A DNA stretch of 64,000 bases from Candidatus Krumholzibacteriales bacterium (lineage in GTDB: Bacteria > Krumholzibacteriota > Krumholzibacteriia > Krumholzibacteriales > WJIX01): NCBI GenBank assembly GCA_046483305.1, contig JAWODM010000072.1, positions 1-64,000 on the forward strand, given 5' to 3'. The position numbers were made by a program, and so were the translations under genes. The notes beneath the pieces were generated by a model that was not told the origin of the DNA, did no database searches, and saw only the letters and a program-made list of their open reading frames with translations. Shown piece after piece: positions 45,695 through 55,022 of this stretch. Every line of letters begins with the position of its first letter. The first letter of the stretch is position 1.

Positions 45695-47754
45695 TTTGTT
45701 TCCTCTTTGTAGAACCAGCCGGGATAAGCACCGGACAGCAAACGTGGCAAGGACCTGAATAATATGACTATGTAACCGGATACCGTAGTTCTCCTCATCT
45801 CTACCGCCTCATCCATCAGAGCGGCCATGTTGAAAGGACGGGAAGCCAGCCGCCACCGGCCGGAAATCCCGCTCCCTGTCCCTATCGAGGAACTCTCGGG
45901 CCTGCGGAGCATAAGAGGCGAACCTATCAGACGGTAACGCCCTGTAAGGACCCCCGTAAACAGAGAGGGTTTGAACAGATCGCTGCCCTCCCTGCCTGAA
46001 GCGAACCTTACCCTGGGCCACCATAACTCCTGTCCCTTCAAACTGTATCTTTTTTCGCGGTAAATATCAACCCTGCCACCGGCGGCCCATCCGAAAACCT
46101 TCAGGGCCAGATAACAGATAAGGGAAACCGGTAGAATAATCAATGCCAGAAATATCTCAATCATCCTTATAATAAACAGCCTCAATCTTATTAATACTCC
46201 CTGTTCAGCTGAAAGAAGATAGGTATGGCCCATTCTGCTAACCCGGACATTTGTTCCCAGAAACTGCCCTATCGAAGAAACCATACTTACCTTGACAGCC
46301 CTGCCCCAGGCCTCTTCCATCACTGAGCGGACTACCTTTCTGGTCTGGTAGGAAGGGAATATGAATATTTCCTGAACCATGAATCGGTCTAGAATACCGC
46401 TTATATCGGCGACCCTCCCCAGTGAAGAACTGCTGCCGTTTACACATCCCGCGATATCTATTCCCAGGCCGGGGCAGGATGCGGCATTATCGGCAAATCT
46501 ATCGATTTCTCCGGCGCTGCCGGCCAGAAGAACGCGTTTATGGTCGAAACCGGCCCTGACGAAAATCCTGTGGACCGCTCTTATGATCCTTCGGAGAATA
46601 AAGACCGCGAACACCGCGAACCCGGCCTGCCCGATTATTACGGCCCTGGAGTACATCCTTATACGGGAAAGATAAGTGGAAGCCATCAGCACGACCAGTC
46701 CCGCAAGAACCACTTTTACTATCCGGCCGAACTCCTCCGGCCCGGTGGTTTCCCGGTGTACTCTGTACATACCGCCGAAAAGTAATGAAAGGAAGAATAT
46801 CATGTTATAGAAAATTATGAAGTACTTATACCATGAGAGCGGGTAGAGGCTGTTAACGAAAAGAGGATCGGCGGCCAGGCGGATATAATATGCCAGAAAG
46901 AAAGATCCGTTAATTGCCACGAAATCCGACAGGATAAAAACAACCGACTTGAATATCGATCTATGCCTCTTGAAGAAATAAAAGAGCCGGTTCCATTTCT
47001 CATAATATCGCAGCAGGCTGACCAGGTGTATGATAAGAGACCTGTTGATCAGCGAGCCTGCGCTGGCTCTCTCGTAGTAATGGGTCATCACCGAATCGGG
47101 AACATAAAATACCTTCCAGCCGTTCTGCTTCATTCTGTAGCACCAGTCGACATCCTCAAAATAGAGGAAGAACCTCTCATCCATCATCCCGGTGTTCTCT
47201 ACGGCCGATCTCCTTACCATCATACAGGCGCCTATAATCCAGTCCACCTCCCTTACAGTCTGGTGGTCGTAATCGGCAAGCAGGTGTTCTCTCAGTGATT
47301 TTGCCCGGGGGAACAGTCTGCCCAGGAAAGTTCTCTTGAGAATCAGAGCGCGGATGGTATAGAAAGACCTGCAGGAGTACTGCAGGGAACCGTCCAGATT
47401 GAGGAGCCTGGAACCCGATATCCCCGCCTCCGGATGTTCTTCCATAAAATCTATAAGCGTATCTATGGAACCTTCTCTGACAATAATGTCCGGATTGAGA
47501 ATCAGTATCATCTCTCCTCCGGAGGCTGACATACCCTGGTTAATCCCTCTTGAATATCCCTTATTCAGATCATTGGCAAGCAGTTTTACCCGGGGGAAAT
47601 TATCCTCAACGAGTTTTACCGTCCCGTCGGTGCTGGCATTGTCAACCACAATGGTTTCGAAACTCCGGGCCGGTTCATGCCGCTGAAGACTGGACAGACA
47701 CTTTCCTATGACCTCTTCGCTGTTATGGGTAACTATTATGATAGAAAGATACAT
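45691..47754 (-). CDS. GT2 (WbbL-like) fused to a WcaJ-like membrane region and a degenerate sugar-transferase domain
   Basis: LSIIIVTHN, VVDNASTD, LNPD, GACMMVR, FFLYFEDVDWC; then 4-5 hydrophobic helices, a Rossmann-like VLLAGS segment and a decayed phosphoglycosyl-transferase tail. Confidence 0.8.
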   Translation of the reverse strand: MYLSIIIVTHNSEEVIGKCLSSLQRHEPARSFETIVVDNASTDGTVKLVEDNFPRVKLLANDLNKGYSRGINQGMSASGGEMILILNPDIIVREGSIDTLIDFMEEHPEAGISGSRLLNLDGSLQYSCRSFYTIRALILKRTFLGRLFPRAKSLREHLLADYDHQTVREVDWIIGACMMVRRSAVENTGMMDERFFLYFEDVDWCYRMKQNGWKVFYVPDSVMTHYYERASAGSLINRSLIIHLVSLLRYYEKWNRLFYFFKRHRSIFKSVVFILSDFVAINGSFFLAYYIRLAADPLFVNSLYPLSWYKYFIIFYNMIFFLSLLFGGMYRVHRETTGPEEFGRIVKVVLAGLVVLMASTYLSRIRMYSRAVIIGQAGFAVFAVFILRRIIRAVHRIFVRAGFDHKRVLLAGSAGEIDRFADNAASCPGLGIDIAGCVNGSSSSLGRVADISGILDRFMVQEIFIFPSYQTRKVVRSVMEEAWGRAVKVSMVSSIGQFLGTNVRVSRMGHTYLLSAEQGVLIRLRLFIIRMIEIFLALIILPVSLICYLALKVFGWAAGGRVDIYREKRYSLKGQELWWPRVRFASGREGSDLFKPSLFTGVLTGRYRLIGSPLMLRRPESSSIGTGSGISGRWRLASRPFNMAALMDEAVEMRRTTVSGYIVILFRSLPRLLSGAYPGWFYKEETK

Positions 47755-47773
47755 AAGATTGCTTTTCCTGCTT

Positions 47774-48502
47774 TCAGGATTTATCCGGCTTCATGCCGAA
47801 CAGACTCATAATCCTCAGGCGCCATACCATGAATATCGCTTCCCAGATAATCTTCTTCGACATCTTGGAAACTCCTACCCTACGGTCAGTAAAAATTATG
47901 GGGATCTCCCTGATCCGGAATCCCATCTTCCAGCACCAGAAATTCATCTCGATCTGGAATGAGTAACCGTCGCTGCGTATCCGGTCCAGCGGAAGCCTGC
48001 TGAGGACCTCCCTCCTGAAACATTTGAATCCCCCGGTGGAATCAGACAGAGGCATCCCGGTTATTATTCTGGTATACAGGTTGGCGCCGTAGCTCAGAAT
48101 CAGGCGCTTGAGAGGCCAGTTTATAACGGTAATCCCGTTAAGGTAGCGGGAACCAATTACCAGGTCGTTATCCTTTATCTCTTCCAGGAAACGGGCGATA
48201 TCAGCCGGGTCGTGAGAGAAATCGGCGTCCATTTCAAAGACGCAGCCGGCATCCGTATTGGCCAGGCACCATTTGAAACCTTCGATATAGGCTGAACCAA
48301 GCCCCATCTTCTTTTCGCGGTGCAGCACATTTACCCTTTCATTGCCGGCCGCCATCGTATCAGCTATCTCGCCGGTACCGTCCGGAGAATTGTCGTCCAC
48401 CACCAGCACACCCACAACCGGAGAAACGCTCAGAACATCGGAAACAATCTTCTCCAGGTTTTCTTTCTCATTGTATGTTGGGATTATTACAACCGCCTCC
48501 AA
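47774..48502 (-). CDS. Polyprenol-monophosphomannose synthase-like GT2 (Ppm1/Dpm1 family)
   Basis: IIPTYNEKEN, VDDNSPDGTG, GLGSAY, EMDADFSHDP, IGSRY, GYSFQIEM, SKMS. Confidence 0.9.
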   Translation of the reverse strand: MEAVVIIPTYNEKENLEKIVSDVLSVSPVVGVLVVDDNSPDGTGEIADTMAAGNERVNVLHREKKMGLGSAYIEGFKWCLANTDAGCVFEMDADFSHDPADIARFLEEIKDNDLVIGSRYLNGITVINWPLKRLILSYGANLYTRIITGMPLSDSTGGFKCFRREVLSRLPLDRIRSDGYSFQIEMNFWCWKMGFRIREIPIIFTDRRVGVSKMSKKIIWEAIFMVWRLRIMSLFGMKPDKS

Positions 48503-48503
48503 T

Positions 48504-50957
48504 TTAACTGTTCCTCCTTCTATGGATGAGCCATCCAGATGCTGAAATTATAATTGATAATACAAAAGCTGTGATTGAAGTGGCAAGCGACCCCTTGAGA
48601 ACCCCCGAGTCGTAACGGAAAACCACTTCATGCTCGCCGCCGGAGGGCAGCGCCACCGCTCTCAGGCAGTAATTTGCTTCAAGAATATCCGCTTCGGTTC
48701 CGTTTACCTCCGCTTTCCATTCAGGGTAGTAAATCTCACTGGTAACCATGATGCACGGGGCATCCGTGCGGGCCCGGATTTTAATTGAATTCAGTCCGTA
48801 ATCAACTATCTCGGCGCTGCTTCCGGCCGAAGAAGGATTTTCGAGTTCAACTTCCTCTTCTACCAGAACCTCACCGGAAGGATCGAATTCTGATGAGACC
48901 AGCCGGTTAAGCATCCTTTCTCTGCTGATAATCTCCTGGCGGTCCACGAAGAATACCCTGGGAAGGAAATCGCTGTTGAGATATATTGATTTCTCTCCCT
49001 GCTGCCAGACCAGCGGGTATCTGCTGTTACCCTCCCTGAACAGGGGAAACTCGGAAACTATGTATTTTATGTTGAGCATATTGAGTATATTCACCGGTAT
49101 ACTCTGGCTTTGGAAGGTTGCGAACATTCTATCCATCAGGTTCTGATAATTCTGCAGCTTGGCGGCATGGTAACCGCCGGCGGAGAATATTTCATGAATC
49201 ATAAATTTATTCTGATTAAAAGGGTAGGCGTTATGAGACCAACGGTTCAGGCTGACCGCCGGAGCGGGAAAGATACGGAATATTGAGTTATCCCGGCTTA
49301 GAAACCGGATGGCCGCATCAGGTTCCCTGAATTCATCCTCACCCCTCTTCTCTCTCACAATCCTGTAGCTTTCGGACTTCCAGGTATTCTCCGGATGAAT
49401 AATCGAACGGGAAACGGTCAGCATATCGATAAAAACCAGAAGTGCCAGAACAAGCAACATATGCCCCCTGGATATCTTTCCCATGGAAAATATCATAATG
49501 AGCATAGCGGTGAGGGTGAAGAAAACAGCCGTTTTGATCAGATCCCTGGTAAAGAGGCCGGCAGCCAGATCACGCACCGCCGGGGCTGCATTCAGGGCTG
49601 TCTGAACCCTTGAACTTATCATTCCGCTTCCGGCAATAGCGAGCAGAAACAGCGCCGCGGCGCAGATAACCCCTATTCTGACAGCTTTTACGGCTCCCGG
49701 TTTATTCAGTTCTCCCCGGCGGTGAAGCTCGATAATCTTCTGAATGCCGATCCCCATCAACAGGACTACCGAAAGCTGCTGCACTATCAACACCATTACC
49801 GGAACCCTGAATTTGTTGAAATACGGGAAATAACTGAACATCAAATCATAGAGGGGTGAATGCTTCCCGAAACTCAGCAGAGTTGCCAGCAGGGCCGCGG
49901 TAAGAAGGAACCACTTGGTTCTGGACCTCACTTTGAATAAAGCGATAAAAGAAAAGATAACGGCCGCCACGCCGAGGTAGTTGGGATAATCGGTAAACGG
50001 CATTCCTCCCCAGTAAGTCGCCTTCCCGAATCCGAAGGCCCAGGGGAATATGAATGTCAGAATTTCCCTGGGATGAAGGCTCCATCCGGTTGCATAACCG
50101 TAGTCCAGGCCGCCTCCGCCGCCCCCTCCCCTGATGGAGTACTGCGCGTAGTTCCTGACCGGCCCGATGAGTACCATCGCTATACCTACCGCCAGCAGAA
50201 AAGCCATCGCCAGGAAACCTGTCCGAATCAGGAACTCCCTGGTATTGCGCTCTCTCAGAAGAGAGGCCGATTCAAAGATAAACAGAAGCCCAATCAGGAG
50301 GTAGGTATAGTATGATATCTGCACGTGCCCCCTGAGCATCTGGATACCGAGGGTCAGAGAGAGGAGCCCGGCCATCATCAATTTGCGCCGGCCCCGCAGA
50401 AGTTCCCGGGAAAACAGCAGCCCGTAAGGCATGAAAGCAACCGCACAGGCCTGAGAACCGTGCCCGTTGGCCCCCATGGCCAGGTAGTTGGGGAGCATTA
50501 TAAAGAGGATTCCGCAGATCAGAGACACAGCCGGGGAGATTTTCATGGACCGGGAAAGAAAGTAGACTCCGATGCCCGCGATAAAATAATGTATCAGCAG
50601 CCACCCCATCTCGGGGAGAAACAGATACTTATGAAGGAATTCTATTATCCATGACGGGGGGTATACTCTGGGAGTGAACATCATACTGGAGTAGCTGGGC
50701 ATTCCGCAGAAGATGTAAGGGTTCCAGAGAGGATATATACCATCCTCCCTTATCGCCTTCTTTCCCACCTCGGTAAAGCTGATCGGGGCTTTGCTGTCCG
50801 GGGTCAGGAAGATTCTGTTTCTGAGAGCAATCCCGGGCATTAAAGCTATTATTACCAGGATGATAACCGCGCAGACGGTCAATCCCTTCTTCCATGCCGA
50901 AAAACCGCTGAATGAAGCAACCGGATCGAATTTCTGCAACTGAGAAGATTTTCTCAA
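48504..50957 (-). CDS. YfhO-family membrane protein (GT-C-like)
   Basis: PLWNPYIFCGMP, HVQISYY, YLG, FRVP, GGYH and C-terminal SEIYYPEWKAEVNG...AN..LRAV...H.V.F.Y. Confidence 0.82.
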   Translation of the reverse strand: MRKSSQLQKFDPVASFSGFSAWKKGLTVCAVIILVIIALMPGIALRNRIFLTPDSKAPISFTEVGKKAIREDGIYPLWNPYIFCGMPSYSSMMFTPRVYPPSWIIEFLHKYLFLPEMGWLLIHYFIAGIGVYFLSRSMKISPAVSLICGILFIMLPNYLAMGANGHGSQACAVAFMPYGLLFSRELLRGRRKLMMAGLLSLTLGIQMLRGHVQISYYTYLLIGLLFIFESASLLRERNTREFLIRTGFLAMAFLLAVGIAMVLIGPVRNYAQYSIRGGGGGGGLDYGYATGWSLHPREILTFIFPWAFGFGKATYWGGMPFTDYPNYLGVAAVIFSFIALFKVRSRTKWFLLTAALLATLLSFGKHSPLYDLMFSYFPYFNKFRVPVMVLIVQQLSVVLLMGIGIQKIIELHRRGELNKPGAVKAVRIGVICAAALFLLAIAGSGMISSRVQTALNAAPAVRDLAAGLFTRDLIKTAVFFTLTAMLIMIFSMGKISRGHMLLVLALLVFIDMLTVSRSIIHPENTWKSESYRIVREKRGEDEFREPDAAIRFLSRDNSIFRIFPAPAVSLNRWSHNAYPFNQNKFMIHEIFSAGGYHAAKLQNYQNLMDRMFATFQSQSIPVNILNMLNIKYIVSEFPLFREGNSRYPLVWQQGEKSIYLNSDFLPRVFFVDRQEIISRERMLNRLVSSEFDPSGEVLVEEEVELENPSSAGSSAEIVDYGLNSIKIRARTDAPCIMVTSEIYYPEWKAEVNGTEADILEANYCLRAVALPSGGEHEVVFRYDSGVLKGSLATSITAFVLSIIISASGWLIHRRRNS

Positions 50958-51018
50958 CTATTTTCTCCTTTGTTTCGGACAGCCATGCCCGGCCTGCCGG
51001 GAATCTGGTAATACTGTA

Positions 51019-51047
51019 ATTCTAACATTTTAAGCCGATTCAGTAAA
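51019..51047 (-). promoter_or_regulatory. Internal sigma70-like promoter upstream of the YfhO-family gene
   Basis: TTTACT-17 nt-TAGAAT with an extended -10 TG, in a 99-nt gap. Confidence 0.55.
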
Positions 51048-51056
51048 GTTCCGGCA

Positions 51057-51950
51057 TTACCACAGATATCCCGCTTTGAATACCCTGGATATCCCCCTGG
51101 CGGCTGCCCTGACCAGATCCCATTTACCTGTAAATATAAGACTAATTATTACAATGACAAGAAGTAATGCCTGTACCGGGGCTGCCCCCATTCTCCACCA
51201 CAGCGGTTTATGCCGGACGAGCAGCCTGGCGTTGCTGGCTATCCGGTTTTCGAATTTATAGGGGGTGAAACCTCCGCCGCTGCTGGAGCTGACCTTGTGC
51301 CAGACCCTGGCGGCCGGTGCATACCAGCATTTCCACCCGGCTTCCCTGGCCCGCAGGCAGAAATCCACATCCTCACAGTACATCCGGTACGATACATCCA
51401 GAAGCCCTATATCCCGAAACACCTCTCTCTTTACCATCATGGCGCAACCGGTAACGTAACCTGTTTCACCGGGCTGGGCCTGCCGCCCGGTGTCGAGCTT
51501 CCTTATTTTCAGGTGCCTGGGTATCCCGATAAGCGGATAGAATCCGCCTCCTCCGTACCATATTCTCCCGGGGTCATCGTAATAATATATTTTCGGCCCC
51601 GCTATACCCGCTTCAGGTTCTTCCAGTACTCCGGCCAGTTCCGTTGCAAAATCAGGGTCTACTTCGGTATCATTATTGAGAAGAAGGAAAAGTTCACCGT
51701 CCTGGTCCAGAGCTCTGCGCAACCCTATATTATTACCGCCGGCGAACAGCAGGTTCTCTTCGTTTTCTATTAATTCCACTTCGGGGAACCTCTCCCGTAT
51801 AATCGCCGGCGAACTGTCCGTCGAAGCGTTATCCACCACAGTTATTCTGCAGTTGCGGTAGTTAAGAGATCTGAGCGACTGGAGGCACTCTCCCACCACC
51901 TTTTCCCCATTCCAGTTAACTATGATTATATGAAGCTTCTTCTCCGGCAA
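51057..51950 (-). CDS. Glycosyltransferase family 2 (rhamnosyltransferase-like)
   Basis: IIIVNWNG, VVDNASTD, FAGGNN, LLNND, GCAMMV, YCEDVDFC, VWH. Confidence 0.9.
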   Translation of the reverse strand: MPEKKLHIIIVNWNGEKVVGECLQSLRSLNYRNCRITVVDNASTDSSPAIIRERFPEVELIENEENLLFAGGNNIGLRRALDQDGELFLLLNNDTEVDPDFATELAGVLEEPEAGIAGPKIYYYDDPGRIWYGGGGFYPLIGIPRHLKIRKLDTGRQAQPGETGYVTGCAMMVKREVFRDIGLLDVSYRMYCEDVDFCLRAREAGWKCWYAPAARVWHKVSSSSGGGFTPYKFENRIASNARLLVRHKPLWWRMGAAPVQALLLVIVIISLIFTGKWDLVRAAARGISRVFKAGYLW

Positions 51951-51961
51951 TCGTCACTCCC

Positions 51962-53116
51962 TCAGATTCTGCTGTAAAGCTGTTCGATCAGGTCAGCCAT
52001 TGAGCTCCATGAGAACCTCTTTTTCTGCTCTTCGAAATGCGGAGCCATTTTCTCTGCCCATCCATCCCGTAGAAATTTCAACACCGCCGATGCGACCTCT
52101 TCAGGATCTTCGGGCGGCACTATGAAACCGGTCTTGCCTTCAGCCACCACCTCGGGCAGCCCCCCCACAGCGGTCACGATTACCGGACGGTCGAACGCCA
52201 GCGCTATCTGCGCTATCCCGCTCTGGGTGGCCGAAACGTAGGGAAGCACTACCAGGTCCGAAGCGGTGAAGAATTTTTCTACTTCGTCATTATCCACATA
52301 CCGGTCCACGAAGGTAACCCTGTCTGAAATGCCCGGGGAAGAGACCAGATCGAGATATGGTTCCTTCTCTTCGTAAAACTCGCCCACCACCATCAGATGA
52401 GTGTCCGAGCCTTCGACAATACGCGGCATCGCCCGGAGAAGGTATTCCAGTCCCTTGTAAGGACGTATATATCCGAAGAATAATAACAGATTTGCATTGT
52501 TTATTCCCAGTTCACATCGGGCGCTCTCTCTGCTGATCTTGTCCCTTTTGAAAAAGTCGTAGATCGGGTGAGGATGAGTAACCACCTCGGCGGATTTCCT
52601 GAGAGAGATCAGGTCTTTCCTGTCCCGCTCTGACTGCACAATGAATCCGTTACCGGTCAGGAAAGCCAGTTTGCTGAGCAGCCGGTCCGGACCTGACCTT
52701 TCGTGGGGCACCACATTATGGCATATGAAGATAATCTTCCCTTTTCTCAATATCCTCAGTATTGAACATATTTTTGAAATAGCGGGGGCAAAATAGGGAT
52801 GCCACCACTGTACTATCGTCAGGTCGGGGTTGAAGCGGGCTATGTGAAATGCCGCCGCCAGCCAGGTAAAGGGATTTATTGAATCTATGATCCTTTCCGA
52901 TTTCATCTTGAGAGGGGATTCGCTCTCGTCGTACTGAGTCTTGCCGGGGAAGAGGAACTCCGGGTACAAACGCTTATAATTGACCAGGTGGACGGTGTGC
53001 CGCCTCCCCAGCTCCATGGCGAGACATGAATTGTAGTGAGATATCCCGCCCCGGTAAGGGTATGACGGGCCAATAAGACAGATCCTCAATTCTTTCTTCA
53101 TTACCAACCGGTTCAT
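51962..53116 (-). CDS. Glycosyltransferase family 4
   Basis: GPSYPYRGGISHY, HNVVPHE, FFGYIRPYKGL, LPYVSATQSG, GGLPE. Confidence 0.9.
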   Translation of the reverse strand: MNRLVMKKELRICLIGPSYPYRGGISHYNSCLAMELGRRHTVHLVNYKRLYPEFLFPGKTQYDESESPLKMKSERIIDSINPFTWLAAAFHIARFNPDLTIVQWWHPYFAPAISKICSILRILRKGKIIFICHNVVPHERSGPDRLLSKLAFLTGNGFIVQSERDRKDLISLRKSAEVVTHPHPIYDFFKRDKISRESARCELGINNANLLLFFGYIRPYKGLEYLLRAMPRIVEGSDTHLMVVGEFYEEKEPYLDLVSSPGISDRVTFVDRYVDNDEVEKFFTASDLVVLPYVSATQSGIAQIALAFDRPVIVTAVGGLPEVVAEGKTGFIVPPEDPEEVASAVLKFLRDGWAEKMAPHFEEQKKRFSWSSMADLIEQLYSRI

Positions 53117-54048
53117 TCATCGATAAGGTACTCTTTGATGGAAAATGACTGCCGGGACCTCGATGAGAAAAGCTCCGCAAACAGGCCGAAAGAGGCGATC
53201 TGTATCGCAATTACTATCATGAGCATTCCGCCCACCATAATGGGCCTCACATGCAGTCCCCCTCCGGCCAGCCACTTGATCAGAAAGTAAAGATTTATCA
53301 ATCCTCCTATGAGGAAAAACAGGACAGCCACTCTCCCGAAGAAATGAAGCGGAGAGGAAGCCCTCCTGGTAATAAACATAACCGTCATCAGATCAAAAAA
53401 ACCGTTGAGAAAGCGCTTTGTGCCATATTTGCTTCTGCCGAATTTTCTTTCGAAGTGAGTAACCTTCTTTTCCGCTATTCTGAAACCCTCCCAGGAGGCC
53501 AGCACCGGTATAAACCGGTGAAGTTCACCGTATACCGATATATTCTTGACCACATCCTTCCGGTATGCCTTCAGCCCGCAGTTAAAATCGTGCAGCTTCA
53601 CCTTGCTGACAGCCGAGGTGACCAGATTGAAAATCTTAGAGGGGAGTGTTTTGGTCAGCGGGTCCTGCCTGTTAACTTTCCACCCCGATACCAGATCGGC
53701 CCCTTCTTCCAGCATCTCTATCATCTCCGGTATCTCTTCGGGATTATCCTGCAGGTCCGCGTCAATGGTAACCACGTAATCGCAACCGGCCGCCCTGAAC
53801 CCTTCCGAAAGAGCGGCCGATTTGCCGTAATTTCTCTGAAAGGCGATTATCTTGACGGACCTGTCCCTTTCCCTGAGGGAATACATTATCTCCAGCGACT
53901 TGTCGGTGGAACCGTCATCGATGAAAATAAATTCGTACCTGCTCGCTATCCGGTCCAGCACCTCTTTCAGCCTGCTGTAAAGCTCCTCCAGCGACTGCTC
54001 TTCGTTGTAAGCCGGAATCACCATTGACACCGATCTCTTATCTTTCAT
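53113..54048 (-). CDS. Polyprenyl-phosphate glycosyltransferase (GtrB/ArnC-like GT2)
   Basis: IPAYNEE, IDDGSTD, RNYGKSAAL, DADLQD, HDFNCGLK, ELHRFIP, two C-terminal hydrophobic helices; start at MKDK (ATGA overlap). Confidence 0.9.
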   Translation of the reverse strand: MKDKRSVSMVIPAYNEEQSLEELYSRLKEVLDRIASRYEFIFIDDGSTDKSLEIMYSLRERDRSVKIIAFQRNYGKSAALSEGFRAAGCDYVVTIDADLQDNPEEIPEMIEMLEEGADLVSGWKVNRQDPLTKTLPSKIFNLVTSAVSKVKLHDFNCGLKAYRKDVVKNISVYGELHRFIPVLASWEGFRIAEKKVTHFERKFGRSKYGTKRFLNGFFDLMTVMFITRRASSPLHFFGRVAVLFFLIGGLINLYFLIKWLAGGGLHVRPIMVGGMLMIVIAIQIASFGLFAELFSSRSRQSFSIKEYLIDE

Positions 54049-55022
54049 GATATTTCCGTTTCGATATAATTCCTGTACCACTCAAATTCTCTTCTGAGCC
54101 CCTCCTCCAGGTCAATCCGGGGCCTGAAACCGAGCTCCTTTTCCGCTCTGGAAGTATCTGCCCAGGTGTCGGTAACATCTCCCCTGGCCTTTTCTATGAA
54201 ATCGACCTCAAGCTCGCTGCCGGATATCCCCCTTATGATATCCAGAACCTTCAGGATCGATGATCTGCTTCCCCCTCCGATATTGAATATGGATTGATCC
54301 CCCCGGTAATCCATCGCCAGCATATTCGCCTCCACGGCGTCCGAAATGAATGTAAAATCCCTGGTCTGGGTTCCGTCCCCGAATATCTCTATCCTGCCGC
54401 CGGTGATGGCGGAGCTCAGGAAACGGCTGAAAGCCATATCTGGCCTCTGCCGGGGCCCATAAACCGTAAAATACCTGAGCGAAACCACGTCGATACCGAA
54501 ATTATAGCGGTACAACTCGCAGAGGCCCTCTCCGGACAGCTTCGTAACCCCATATGGTGAAACAGGTTTCAGTTGATCATCCTCGCTCATGGGCAGTTTT
54601 TCCGTTTCGCCGTACACCGAGCTGGAACTTGAGTAAACAATCCTTACTCCGCCCAGATCCTTCACAGCCTCCAGCAGCTTCTGAGTAGCCGTAATATTCG
54701 AGTCGACATAACAGATGAAGTCTTCGCCCCAGCTCTTTCTCACACCCGCCTGAGCCGCCAGGTGAAATACGGCCGAGACATCATCGAGCAATTCTCCGAT
54801 ATCGCACCTGTTCAGATCATCCTCGACTAATTCAAACCGGGGATCAGATATTATCTTCCTCAGGTGCCTTCTCTTTCTTCCGGGGTTGTAATAATCAGTG
54901 AAAGAATCAATGCCGGTAACCTGATACCCTTCTCCGATCAGCCTCTCACAGATGTGGGAACCTATGAATCCGGCCGCGCCGGTAACCAGCGCTTTATCCC
55001 GGGGCTTTTCCATCTTAATCAT
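54045..55022 (-). CDS. NAD-dependent nucleotide-sugar epimerase (UDP-glucuronate 4-epimerase-like)
   Basis: TGAAGFIG, HLAAQAGVR, SSSSVYG, YGVTK, FTVYGPRQRPDMA. Confidence 0.9.
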   Translation of the reverse strand: MIKMEKPRDKALVTGAAGFIGSHICERLIGEGYQVTGIDSFTDYYNPGRKRRHLRKIISDPRFELVEDDLNRCDIGELLDDVSAVFHLAAQAGVRKSWGEDFICYVDSNITATQKLLEAVKDLGGVRIVYSSSSSVYGETEKLPMSEDDQLKPVSPYGVTKLSGEGLCELYRYNFGIDVVSLRYFTVYGPRQRPDMAFSRFLSSAITGGRIEIFGDGTQTRDFTFISDAVEANMLAMDYRGDQSIFNIGGGSRSSILKVLDIIRGISGSELEVDFIEKARGDVTDTWADTSRAEKELGFRPRIDLEEGLRREFEWYRNYIETEIS

